In this document: one piece after another, positions 12,401 through 22,931 of the stretch
Layout: each line of letters starts with the position of its first letter
Position numbering within the stretch: the first letter of the stretch is position 1
NCBI GenBank assembly: GCA_050575255.1
Contig: JBNZDD010013714.1
Span: 8,183,681-8,247,680, forward strand
Source: Harriotta raleighana
Lineage: Eukaryota
DNA length: 64,000 bases
Direction of reading: 5' to 3'
The notes under the pieces: generated by a model
Databases searched by the model: none
What the model was told of the DNA's origin: nothing
What the model saw: only the letters and a program-made list of their open reading frames with translations
Translations under genes and position numbers: made by a program

Positions 12401-15400
12401 TTGTTTTGTTGAGTGGATGATTAAATCGAATGTTCCATCAGCAATTGTAGTATTCAGAAAACCAATAGTACTGTATTTTCATTGGATTTTTTTTTGTTTT
12501 GAGATTTTTATTTTCAGCATACTAGACCCTGGTATCTCAGCACATCTGAGCTTTACTTTATCTGGATGTCACTTATTCTTTGTTGTATGAATTTACACAG
12601 TGTAGATTTTTGTGTCCACTAATCTACTTAATTTAGTCTGCAGGGATTTCATTGTAATTTAGTTTTTGTTGTGAAGTGTCTGCAGACAGAGCGGGTTGTT
12701 ATTTTCTTGTTGATTTGTATTCCAGAGTTTGCTATCATTATTTTCATTAGGTTAAAGATTTTCTTCGCTCCATAAATTGCGTCTTATATGAGCATTACCC
12801 AGGTTTAGAGTTTTGGGCTTTCAATACTGAAATAGAGTAGAAGGGGAATAGACACTGTTATTTAGTTGTGCAATGTTATACATTTTGTGGATACTATTTA
12901 CTATAATTCTAATTATATTTACCATTGCAAATAGGTGTGGTTCAATTGCATGTATGTCTTGGATTTTAGCTGCTTCCGAGTTTCTTCTGCCATTCGATTG
13001 TGTACTTGAGATATTCTATAATCTGTGTTTAAAGACTTGTCTTCTCATTTTTAGGCTCCATTATTCTGCAGTAGCTCACGTGCCAAAGTATAGCATAGTC
13101 TTTAACATGGTATTAATAATTGCTGGTGGATTATGATATTCAAATTTCCTCATTTGATGCTGTTTGTCTATTCTTTTGTTTCTAGTATTTTCCGAAATGT
13201 TTGTTTGTGTCCCTCTCTCGATTCATTTTATTGTTTTTTTGGTTTCATTTAATTGGTTTCTGTAAAGTGAGTGTGTATTAGTAATTGTGAGATCAGAGGT
13301 GTCTGTCAGAGCTTTGTAAAATAGAGTGCAATGTTGCAGCCCCAACCTTCATCATGTCATTTTTTTTAAATGGAGAGGAAAAATATTGTGAGAACTATGT
13401 TCATCTGAAGGTATTGCACTATAGATAAATAGGCAGAGAGAGTCTTTCTCTTTCTCAACAGAAGCAGTTTTGCAGAACGCTATGCACATCTCTATTCATG
13501 ACTACTTCAAACCTTCAGTATGATTCTTTGTGGAATGTGGCATGTGAGTTGTGCATTGCTTTTTTTTATTAGTAATACGTGGGTTTTGCTGCAGTTGAAT
13601 AATATTATTACTGAAAGATAGTTGTATTTTGTGGTAGTTCTTGGTTACATTGCTCTGTTTTCCGATAAGTTCCAATAACTTGTTTGCTTCAGATAGATTA
13701 GAGGTATTTCTGAAAATATTTCCATGGTCCATGTTGTCTTTTGTGTACCCTGCGGCTGTGGCATTCATGGAATGATTGAAATAATCTCTTGCTGTATTTT
13801 GGGTGTCTTGCCACTAACTGGAAAAGTTTCAGTGATCATCAGTGGGGTGAACCTCCCAAGTAAAATTCATTAGTTTGAAGTTGTGCATTTGTAATCCAGA
13901 AACATTTAGTGGGCAGCACTTTTATCATACAGTACAATGCAATGTTTTCAGTTGTAGGTTTGGCAGTCATTCTGAGAGTATCACGATTTGCTGCTACATT
14001 TCCAGCATTTCTGTTAAAATTTGTCTATTTTGTAGGAATTCTTAATATGTCCCACAGATAGGGAATTCCTTCCTGGAACCGGAAGTAGGCCATACTGACT
14101 GATAAAACTTCACCCCAATACAATCATCTTGAGGGAAATTCCTTCTTAATAAGGATTTCTAATTAGATTCCAATTTACAGATCATTTATACAATTTGAAT
14201 TCCATACAAATAGAGACCATTTAATAAAAACACATTAATCTTTTTATTCCCACATAACATTTAACGTTTTTGTAGTGGACTAGAATACCATTGAAGTAAA
14301 CAGTTTTAAAGACTCAATTTTTTTTTTAGAAAAGAGAAACTTGCATATGAATGGAATTAGACAATGGTGGGTTTGATCTGAATTAGACTGAGTTAACAAC
14401 AACAAATTACATGAATTAGAGGTGTGTTTGACAGCATCGACATAATACAGTACCACAAATGTCGATACTTCTATAGACCTTGAAAAAGAAGACAAGAGTT
14501 AAATTAAAGTTTACATAAAGTGAGATGTCTAGGATTCATAAACTTCCCTTTGTGTCTAGAAGTATCTGCTGTCTATCACTCAGATGTACTACACAAATTT
14601 GCACTAGATTTGTTTCATCGCCTTTTTTCAAATGATATTTAAAATGAATTAAATGTCCCATTTCATATAAATATGAATGTTAATGGTTTCACCGCAGCAA
14701 CCTGGTGTGATTTTTCCAATTAACTGCTTTTTAATTTTTTTAAATTCATAACCTGCTATGTATGTTCACTTGTATAAGTTAACCAATAATTATGAACTTA
14801 ATTAAAAGCACAGATAATACTTTCATGTTTTCAGATTTTTTGTTCTTATTTTACTTCTAAAGCGTAAATGCACCACCCAGATATGTTCTGAGCCTTACAA
14901 GGTGCCATAGAAGGGTACTTTTTACTTTGCATTCACTGGGTCAGCAGTGGAAATATTACAATCAGTCTCCTTGGCTTCTTTTTATTTTATTGGTCCCAAA
15001 GCACTTTTTGGTATGTTTGGGTATGTGTTAGAGAACTCCAGCTGTGATGCCACCATGAGGTTGAAAAGCCTTCAGTTGCCCACGCATATGCAGAGAAATA
15101 TCATCCATTTGATAGCAAACATTAAGCATTGGAAAGCGCTTTGCAGAATGAGCTACTTTGATGTATAACCTACACTAGCAATCCCCCACAGTAGCAAGGG
15201 GAATTTATTTATTTTGCAGTGAATTTTTTTTTGGTGGTGGGGGTGGGGGGGGGGCGGGGGAGTTGGGTTAGTCAGGATACTGAGAGTAGATACCGCTCTT
15301 TTTCAAAACAGTGTTCAAATCGTCAACAACAATTAGAACAGGCTGATAGCATTGGGTCTTTATCATCTTATCTGAGGGACAGCTGACACATTAAACTCCT

Positions 15401-15565
15401 GGAGGGCTACACCGTGGTGCCCACTGACCTGTTCACCAGCATATACCCAGCCAAAACTAGAAGAGGGAAGATGCATTTATCCAATTAGACTGTGTGCCCT
15501 GGAATCTGCTACATGCACAAAAGTTCAAACATTGCCCTGCTGTTGGGATTCTTTGATAATACAGT

Positions 15566-15813
15566 ATAATAATAATCCTTGCATTTGGTAAAGCGATTTT
15601 CACATCTACAATATTGTAGAATCAATTGACTGTACATTTGTGGCTGAAACGGGTCAGCCAATTGCATTCAGCAGGGTCCCACAAACAGTAGTGGATTGAA
15701 ATGACCAATTTTTTTTTAGGGATTATTATCAGGCATGTGGAGTAAGGAAACTTGCCCAAGATTTCACCCTGCCGGGAATGGAACCCAGATCTCTCGTTTA
15801 TAAGGTGAATACT
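15566..15813 (-). mobile_element. tRNA-headed Deu-domain SINE (family B)
   Basis: Shares TAGGGATTATTATCAGGCATGTGGAGTAAGGAAACTTGCCCAA and CCCACAAACAG with 56803-57113; (ATA)n tail. Confidence 0.8.
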
Positions 15814-17984
15814 TACAAGTGTTTGCCTTTTTTACATTGCATCCAGTCGGGCACCTCTGAGTGTGCTGTTTCATCTGACGTCTTGGTTAAGATATAAAAT
15901 TTCTATCTGGAGCAGGCTGAGGGACAAATATCCCCACACTGGACCTTGTCTCTGGCTGTAATTCCAATCAAAATGTTTTCAACACACGCTGCAATACAAT
16001 GAACACTTTTGAAACTTTTTGAAAAACATAGTTACTGTAAGAAGTACAGCTGGTACCCTTGAAATAGCCCTGGGAAATTGCTGTCTTTTACAACTCTTTT
16101 TACAAAGTGAAGTTATACAGTACATTTAAGTGCAGAATTACATGGCTTCCACTTAATGAAATTGACCTCTATTGTTATTAGGTTGCCAGAACTAAATTCC
16201 ATGGGATTGAATAACAGGATGTTTTAGCTTTTGAAAAACGCACAGTACAAAAGTAAAATAAAATATTTTTATCACTGGTCGTATTCCCCTTCTTGCTGTA
16301 AAGTAGGCACCACATTCATGCCTTCCTTCAGTCAAGAGGGTGGGACAGTCTAGATTGAGGACCACGGACAAAGCCTCTCTGTCTCAGCCAGCAGGAGAGT
16401 CCTATTGCTGGGGAAGATTAGGTTTCAGCACCTGAGATGGAGCGCTCTGCATGAAGAGAAGCACCGTCCAATAGTTCAGCTGAGAATCAGCAAAACATGC
16501 CCGCAGAGATTAGCGAGGTTTGAGCAAGCAAGTGTTCTAGACTTCAACTCATGCTCCCACAATGAGAGTCCAGTTACCAGTTGCATAGATGAGCCAAAAG
16601 GTAGAGAGCAATAGACCAATTCAAATGTATACCTTGACAGTGTTATGTATTTAAGTCTCTTTAAAAATAATCAGCATTTTGAAGACTATTATTTTAGAAA
16701 TGTTTACGTGATGAAAAACAGGGCTCTTTCTTTGAAAATAACAGAAAAGAGGGTTTAGCTCTCAGGTGGGAGTTATTGTCTGCATTTTAATAGCAACCTA
16801 TTACTATCAACTCTAATTACAAATTTATGACAGATAACATTAGAGCGAAAAAGTTTCCATGCAATCAATCTGTATTGGCAAGGTCTGTTCAAGTTTTATG
16901 GTACGCAGTTTAAATTGCTATGAGTCATTTAGCATCTACTTGTAAATGTTTGCTGAGAAATGGATGTCATTTTTCGTGGATAATGCAAAATGCTATTTTA
17001 AATATCATACATATGTGTAAATTTGTACTTCTGAAGTTTAATCAGAATTTCTGAAAAATAAATGTTCTGAAAGTAAACCTGAAATGTTACCATTTAGTAA
17101 ATTATCGACCTTTGCAAACGTTGACCTATGATGTAGAAAACTCCTAAATGGCTGAGCTATTTTTTAAAAAGATTTCAAATGTTTTTTTTTATTGGGGTGC
17201 AAAGTTGGACCCTAATCACCCCTTTAAACCCAATTTGACCACATGCATTCTTCAAGGGAACAAGAGTTGTACCCAAATACAACCTTCCCCTTTCCCCCCC
17301 AACCCACCCCATTATACTCTCTGGATCCCAAATTGATGCAGATTTGAGCCCTGGTGACCAAGTGCTCAAACTAGCTCCATATTCCATTATCTCTTTGGGA
17401 GGACAGATCAAACTCCCTAAATGGTTACATATTTCAGTGCAGTAAGTGTATGACACTATTTCATTGTAATGTACGTTGGATGGCCAGCTGAAGTTCATTG
17501 CTCACTTCTGTGATGCGCGTTCGTGCTCCACTAATCACTGAGAACATTGCAATCCCACAAACCAATGTGACGAGTTAAAGTAGCTCACAGCCAGGAAAGA
17601 CTGGAACTTCTCAGTGCTGTCACATCTCACTGTCAAAGTGACAGAGCTGTGGTGGAGTTTGCTGCCCCTAAGCCCACCCAAAAGATAAAATAATTTTGTT
17701 GCGCATCTCATAGGCTCATGCTTTGTCACATCTCTGATTTAAGATATGAGGAAGGATGAGGCTGTGAGCTGCATGATAAAAATTGTTTAAAATTCGCACA
17801 ACCTATCTCCATAGGGGGAAAAAAATGGGATTGGCAAAAAGCCATGTGCATTATGTTGGGTAAGGGCTGAAGTCCTCAATTGGTAGGAACTATAGCTGGA
17901 ATAATATGAACTCTACAGCAAAGTTTGTGCAGTGAAATAGAATGTTCAGTTCCCTCGTCTTTCATTTCAAGTTTGAATTTTATT

Positions 17985-18530
17985 GAAAAGATCCAACTCA
18001 TTCTGAATTCTGCCTCCTGCACACTGACCCAGACCGAACTCTGTACCCATATCTCACCAGTTCTGGCCCCTGATCACCAAATGGAACAACTTCAAGATCC
18101 TCACACTCATATTCAAATCCCTTCACTCTGGCATCTCTCTACCTCTCCAACCGCCTCACTCCCCAATCCATCACCTGGTGCTTCTGCTCGATTGGCACTG
18201 GACTCCTGCTTGTTCCTCACAACCTCCATCCCACTGTTGGAGGCCGTGCTTTCAACGACTACACCCTGAAACTCTGGAATACTCTTCCTCAATCCCTCTG
18301 CCTTGTCCCGTTTCTCAAGTCCTGTTTCTCAAGTCCCGCCTGAAAACCAACCTTTCTCTTCGACTACTTTTGGACCCACCTCTACCCTCCACCCTCCAAA
18401 ATCTCCCCCTCCCCGCACTCCCCCTCCCACCCCCCCAAGCTCAAGTACAAAATACTGTCGGTCGACCACCTTGGGACATCCTCCCAATGTGAAAGGTGCT
18501 ATACAAATGTAATTTTGTTGTTGTTATTTA
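17985..18530 (+). mobile_element. L2 LINE 3' fragment
   Basis: Degenerate L2 ORF2 end (IQLILNSASCTLT...HISPVL; FKILTLIFKSLH; GGRAF; LWNTLP; KSRLKTNL), then TTGGGACATCCTCCCAATGTGAAAGGTGCTATACAAATGTAA and (TTG)n. Confidence 0.8.
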
Positions 18531-18617
18531 GCANAATACTGTCGGTCGAGCACCTTGGGACATCCTCCCAATGTGAAAGGTGCTATACAAATGTAATTTT
18601 GTTGTTGTTATTTAGCA
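18451..18617. repeat. 83-bp tandem duplication across a single N (assembly artefact)
   Basis: 18451-18533 is repeated at 18535-18617 with one substitution; N at 18534. Confidence 0.85.
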
Positions 18618-20000
18618 GACAAAAAATAAATAAAATGTCCTTCTTTGGTGTCCCAACTCTAAAGGCTAATATACAAGCTTAAAATCCTTTATCTATTTTG
18701 AAATTAAAAATGTTTTCAGCTGTTTCACAACCTTGAAGAAAGGTTATATCAGTTGTCTGGTGCAGTAATAATATTTATAATCTGTAGTACATTCTGTTTT
18801 TCTTTTTGTTTAAGCAGGGTTGGGGGGGGAGGAGGAATATTGAATGAAATTGTTCAGAGCGGGCTTGCATGTGAAAAGAGCCTGATTGTATCGAAGGGTT
18901 TTGTTCAATTTAGCCATTGCCGTCAAAATAGTGTCGGAGCATTCATTTCAGTGGTGAACAATTGGTCTGGCAGAATCCAACGTTAAAACAGCAAAAAGTA
19001 ATGGTAGAAAAAATGGAGGAACTATAGTTTGCCTAACNGTCTGTGTGTCAGTTGCAGACACACATGTTTCTAAGCTGCCCAATGGATTCCACATGGTTTG
19101 CCTGGTGCTGTTTATGTATATATTTTTTTTAAAAAGCCTTTCTTTTAAGAGATGCACTAAGTGCTTTGTGAACTTTTGTGAAACTTAAAGAAATGTGCGA
19201 AAATGTAATGTGAGGTGCTTTCGGATTAGTGAAGCGATGTGAACGTATTTCTAGAACTTTGATGAGCTTCTTAAATTTAATATATCTGTTCGAAGCTTAG
19301 TTGCAAATACCCATGGCTTTTTATGATTGTAATCATGGGTTACAGCAGCACATACTGTTTCCAGGCAGCAGAATAATCAGCTTTAAAAGATATTACTTTA
19401 GTTGACCAAAACAACTCCCTTCGTTAATTTTTATTCGAAAGCCTAGCTTTCACAAGGTTTATTATAGATGCATCATTGTTCAGAATCAGACAATGAGAAA
19501 TTCAGTCATTGCGGTTTTTGAATGTTTTACATAAACTGGCACTGCCGATCTCACTTTCGTTCAAATTTAAGGTGCAGATGCATAAAAGGATGAAAGTCCC
19601 TGACCATTTCGCCTAGTCCTGATAAACTGCTACAATAATGGTTAAAGCAGGCAAACACAATGTCAATAATTCAGTGCTGTTCATCATTTATTCAGAATTG
19701 CAAACAAGCTAATAATCAAGGATATGATAGTGGCAATAAAATGTTAAACCACAATCACAGAAATGCAGATGCAACTGTGATTCAGTTCTGCTATGTCAAT
19801 TGAAATTGAGACCTAGAGCTGGGATTTTGTTGTCCCTTGCTTTGTGAAATCAATATAAAATGAATTTGATGCTAGATATTTGCAGAAAGTAGAGTTTTGC
19901 AAATAGTATTTCCTCATCTTGGAACTTTTATTGTTTCTATGTATCGAAACCCAAATTTAGATTTTTTTTGCAGAACAAATGCATATTGTTAACGTTAATG

Positions 20001-20044
20001 TTATTCTCTTTTTTTCCCCCCGCTTTTTTAATTCAATATTAGGA
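20001..20044 (+). other. ZNF536: 3' splice site of the ZNF536 coding exon plus 2 nt of 5' UTR (exon starts at 20043)
   Basis: Polypyrimidine tract TTATTCTCTTTTTTTCCCCCCGCTTTTTT followed by ...ATTAG|GAATG; recognisable ZNF536 similarity begins at the ATG at 20045. Confidence 0.85.
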
Positions 20045-22223
20045 ATGGAGGAAGCAAGTTTGTGCCTTGGTGTACCCTCAGCTGTACCTGAACCTGATGC
20101 CCAGCTCAACAAATCAGTACTTAACATCAACAAACCAGTACTTAATGGCCAGTACCCAATAAGCCAGAAGCTGCATCAGTTGACAACACAACTGGGACAT
20201 GCCTGCCCAGAGCTCCAGACCAGGCCAAACCCTGAGGAAAAAGCAGCAATAGCACTGGAGGATAAACGCCAACCCATCAGCAGCCAAATGACCTTGCTGG
20301 CAAATCAGCTGAATGCGGATATTGACACAAACTTGGGTATGAATGGGAGAGTCGACTTACAGCACTTCTTAAACGGACAGAATCTGGGCATCATTTCGCA
20401 GATGAACGGCACCGAAGATGATGCGAAGAAATCCAGGAAGTACCCGTGCCCCATTTGTGGCAAACGCTTTCGTTTCAATAGCATCTTGTCTCTCCACATG
20501 CGCACCCACACAGGGGAGAAGCCCTTCAAATGCCCCTACTGCGATCACAGGGCAGCCCAAAAAGGCAACCTGAAGATCCACCTCCGCACTCACAAACTTG
20601 GCAATCTCGGGAAAGGCCGTGGGAGGGTCAGGGAAGAGAACCGGCTTCTGCATGAGCTGGAAGAGAGGGCCATCCTGAGGGACAAACAGCTGAAAAGTAG
20701 CCTGGGCCAGCCCAAGGCCGACGGCAAGCAGCAGCAGGCTGTCGTGAGCTCCTCCAGTTTACCTTCACCAGCCAGTCAGGGCAGTTCCGATGCGGCCAAT
20801 GCGGTTTCCAATCCCAAGCCGCCGGGCGGGCAAGAGGAGCCGACTGCTGCCGCTGTGGGGTTCAGATGCACCTTCTGCAAAGGGAAGTTCAAGAAACGCG
20901 AGGAGCTGGATCGTCACATCCGAATCCTCCACAAACCCTACAAGTGCACCCTTTGTGAATTCGCCGCCTCGCAGGAGGAAGACCTGATTAGCCATGTGGA
21001 GAAAGCACACATCACTGCCGAGTCCGCCCAGGGTCAGGGGTCCGGCGGCAACGGAGAGCAATTGGTCAATGAGTTTCGCTGTGAAGTCTGTGGCCAGGTC
21101 TTCAGCCAGGCCTGGTTCCTGAAGGGTCACATGCGAAAACACAAGGATTCCTTTGAGCACTGCTGCCAGATCTGTGGACGTCGCTTCAAGGAGCCCTGGT
21201 TCTTGAAAAACCACATGAAGGTGCATCTTAACAAACTAGCGGTCAAGAACAAATCCCAGAATAACCGAGAGGTGCCTGTTACTCTGAATGATATGGTGCA
21301 GGAATCCAACTCCAGCGTCTATTCTGCATATGTATCGTGTTTACAGAGCGGTTTCCTGTCTCCCGACAAAGCGAGCTTAAGCGAACATAACCAGCTGCAT
21401 TATAACAAAGGGGAAATCGCAAGGAAGGAGAAAGAAATGCTTGGAAAGCTCATCATGCCAGTGGGTAGCACGGGCCGTGTCATGGCAGAGGGTGACAAGC
21501 GTTCCTTGCTTGGGTATCTGAACCTGGCGCCTCCTTTGAAGGCGAGCTGCATGGAACGGTTGCAGGCAGTGGCCCGAGTGGCAGAGTTTGATCCAGTAAA
21601 CAGTTACCAGGCCTGGCAGCTGGTGACGAGAGGAATGGCTGTGGAGCAGGCTGTCCTGCCAAAAAAGCAATACTTGCAGCCTGGTCAGGAAGAAGCTCTA
21701 GCAAACGCAGGTGTCATCTTTGATAAGGAGAAAGGAGAATTTGTCTTTGTAGCTGGAGATAAATCGAAGCCCAGACCAGAGGCTGATCTGATTCGAAGCA
21801 CTAAGAGAAGTAACCTGACTGAAGTTTCAGGTAAAGATGATTCATTGGGAAGCAGGGAATTTGTGGCACAAGGAATGAATCAAGGACTGGAGTACAAAAT
21901 TTCCGGATTGGGACAAAACCACGGAACTATGAAGGAAAAGCCAACCGAATGCTCAGACTGTGGCAGAGTCTTCCGAACCTACCATCAAGTTGTGGTCCAT
22001 TCCCGAGTGCACAAGAAGGGCAGGAAGCCTGGTGATGAAGGCCTCCAGAGTCCATTAGATGAACGACGTGGATCTGGAAGCGACCAGGATTCCCAGTCAA
22101 TCAGTAGGTCAACGACACCAGGATCGTCCAATGTCACTGAGGACAACACGACTGCCGGAGGTTTCTCTATGGCGGGAAGTACCCAGGAAGATAGTCCGAA
22201 CCCGTCCTCACCATCTTCTTCAG
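20045..22223 (+). CDS. ZNF536: Zinc finger protein 536, first coding exon (partial CDS: 726 codons + 1 nt, 7 C2H2 zinc fingers)
   Basis: The ORF from MEEASLCLGV... matches the known ZNF536 N-terminus and fingers (YPCPICGKRFRFNSILSLHMRTH-TGEKP-FKCPYCDHRAAQKGNLKIHLRTH-KLGNLGKGRGRVREENRLLHELEERAILRDKQ, FRCTFCKGKFKKREELDRHIRILH, YKCTLCEF...H, FRCEVCGQVFSQAWFLKGHMRKH, HCCQICGRRFKEPWFLKNHMKVH, TECSDCGRVFRTYHQVVVHSRVH). It is bounded by a pyrimidine tract plus AG (20041-20042) and a CAG|GTAAC donor after 22223 (phase 1). Confidence 0.95.
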
Positions 22224-22229
22224 GTAACA
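22221..22229 (+). other. ZNF536: 5' splice donor of the ZNF536 coding exon
   Basis: CAG|GTAACA directly after the Ser-rich SPNPSSPSSS segment; the read-through frame stops after a few non-conserved codons (TAG 22250-22252). Confidence 0.85.
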
Positions 22230-22514
22230 CGTTTGTTTTGCTTTCCAAGTAGCTTTCATTGCTCACTTTTCAAACCCTCCTTCAGAAAACATAAGCCACA
22301 GCTGTCTGATCACAAATATAGTTGTGACCAGACAGCTGTGGCTAAAGTTTTCTCCCCGAAGACTGATGCTTCATTTTCCCCCATTTGACAATGCCCTTGC
22401 TGTGTGCAAAATCTGTCAACGCTTGACACAGAGTCATTGAACACCGTTAGTTGTAAATTCATTCAAACGCCCTTTGTCTTGACTCTGCAGCTTGGGTGCA
22501 AACCCTTGACTGTC

Positions 22515-22575
22515 CAGCACCTTGTGTCATCCTCCTGACGTGAAAGGCGCTATATTATTGCAATTTGCTGTTGTG
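22515..22575 (+). mobile_element. Short L2/SINE 3' tail
   Basis: CATCCTCCTGACGTGAAAGGCGCTATATTATTGCAATTTGCTGTTGT matches the L2-type tail motif. Confidence 0.55.
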
Positions 22576-22754
22576 GTTTATTGACCATTGCTTACATTTT
22601 AAAATACATGCATGAAATCTTCAGACCCATGATTATATCATGATGTTGAAATCACTGCACATATCCTGAACATTTGGCTACAATCTACATATTCACTACA
22701 CTTCACAGGATATCCTGTTCTTCAAGGCATGCTCCAGACACTACACCAATAATA

Positions 22755-22931
22755 ATACAAGGATAATCAAATATGAGGATTATTATTATTATTAGTAGTA
22801 ATATAATAACACAATCAAGCAATTGGCAGGTCTTTTCTTTTGNATACAAGGATAATCAAATACGAGGATTATTATTATTAGTAGTAGTAATATAATAACA
22901 CAATCAAGCAATTGGCAGGTCTTTTCTTTTG
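22755..22931. repeat. 88-bp tandem duplication across a single N (assembly artefact)
   Basis: 22755-22842 is repeated at 22844-22931 with a T/C change and an ATT/AGT microsatellite difference; N at 22843. Confidence 0.85.

Noticed and set aside
12181-12590. Cys/Val-rich and His/Thr-rich ORFs
   Set aside because: Translations of TG low-complexity sequence.
19038-19038. Isolated N
   Set aside because: No flanking duplication seen; just an ambiguous base or contig join.
19979-20044. 22-aa N-terminal extension (MHIVNVNVILFFSPRFFNSILG) of the 757-aa ORF
   Set aside because: It runs through the polypyrimidine tract and acceptor AG, so it is intronic; ZNF536 similarity starts at MEEASL.
22224-22252. 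ORF tail (G)NTFVLLSK* as the true C-terminus or an intronic polyadenylation isoform
   Set aside because: It is read-through of a canonical donor. The first AATAAA I noticed is about 0.9 kb away in A-rich sequence, which is not evidence.
20305-22388. Antisense and alternative-frame ORFs overlapping the ZNF536 exon; local CpG richness as a promoter
   Set aside because: Expected by-products of GC-rich coding sequence; no independent evidence.
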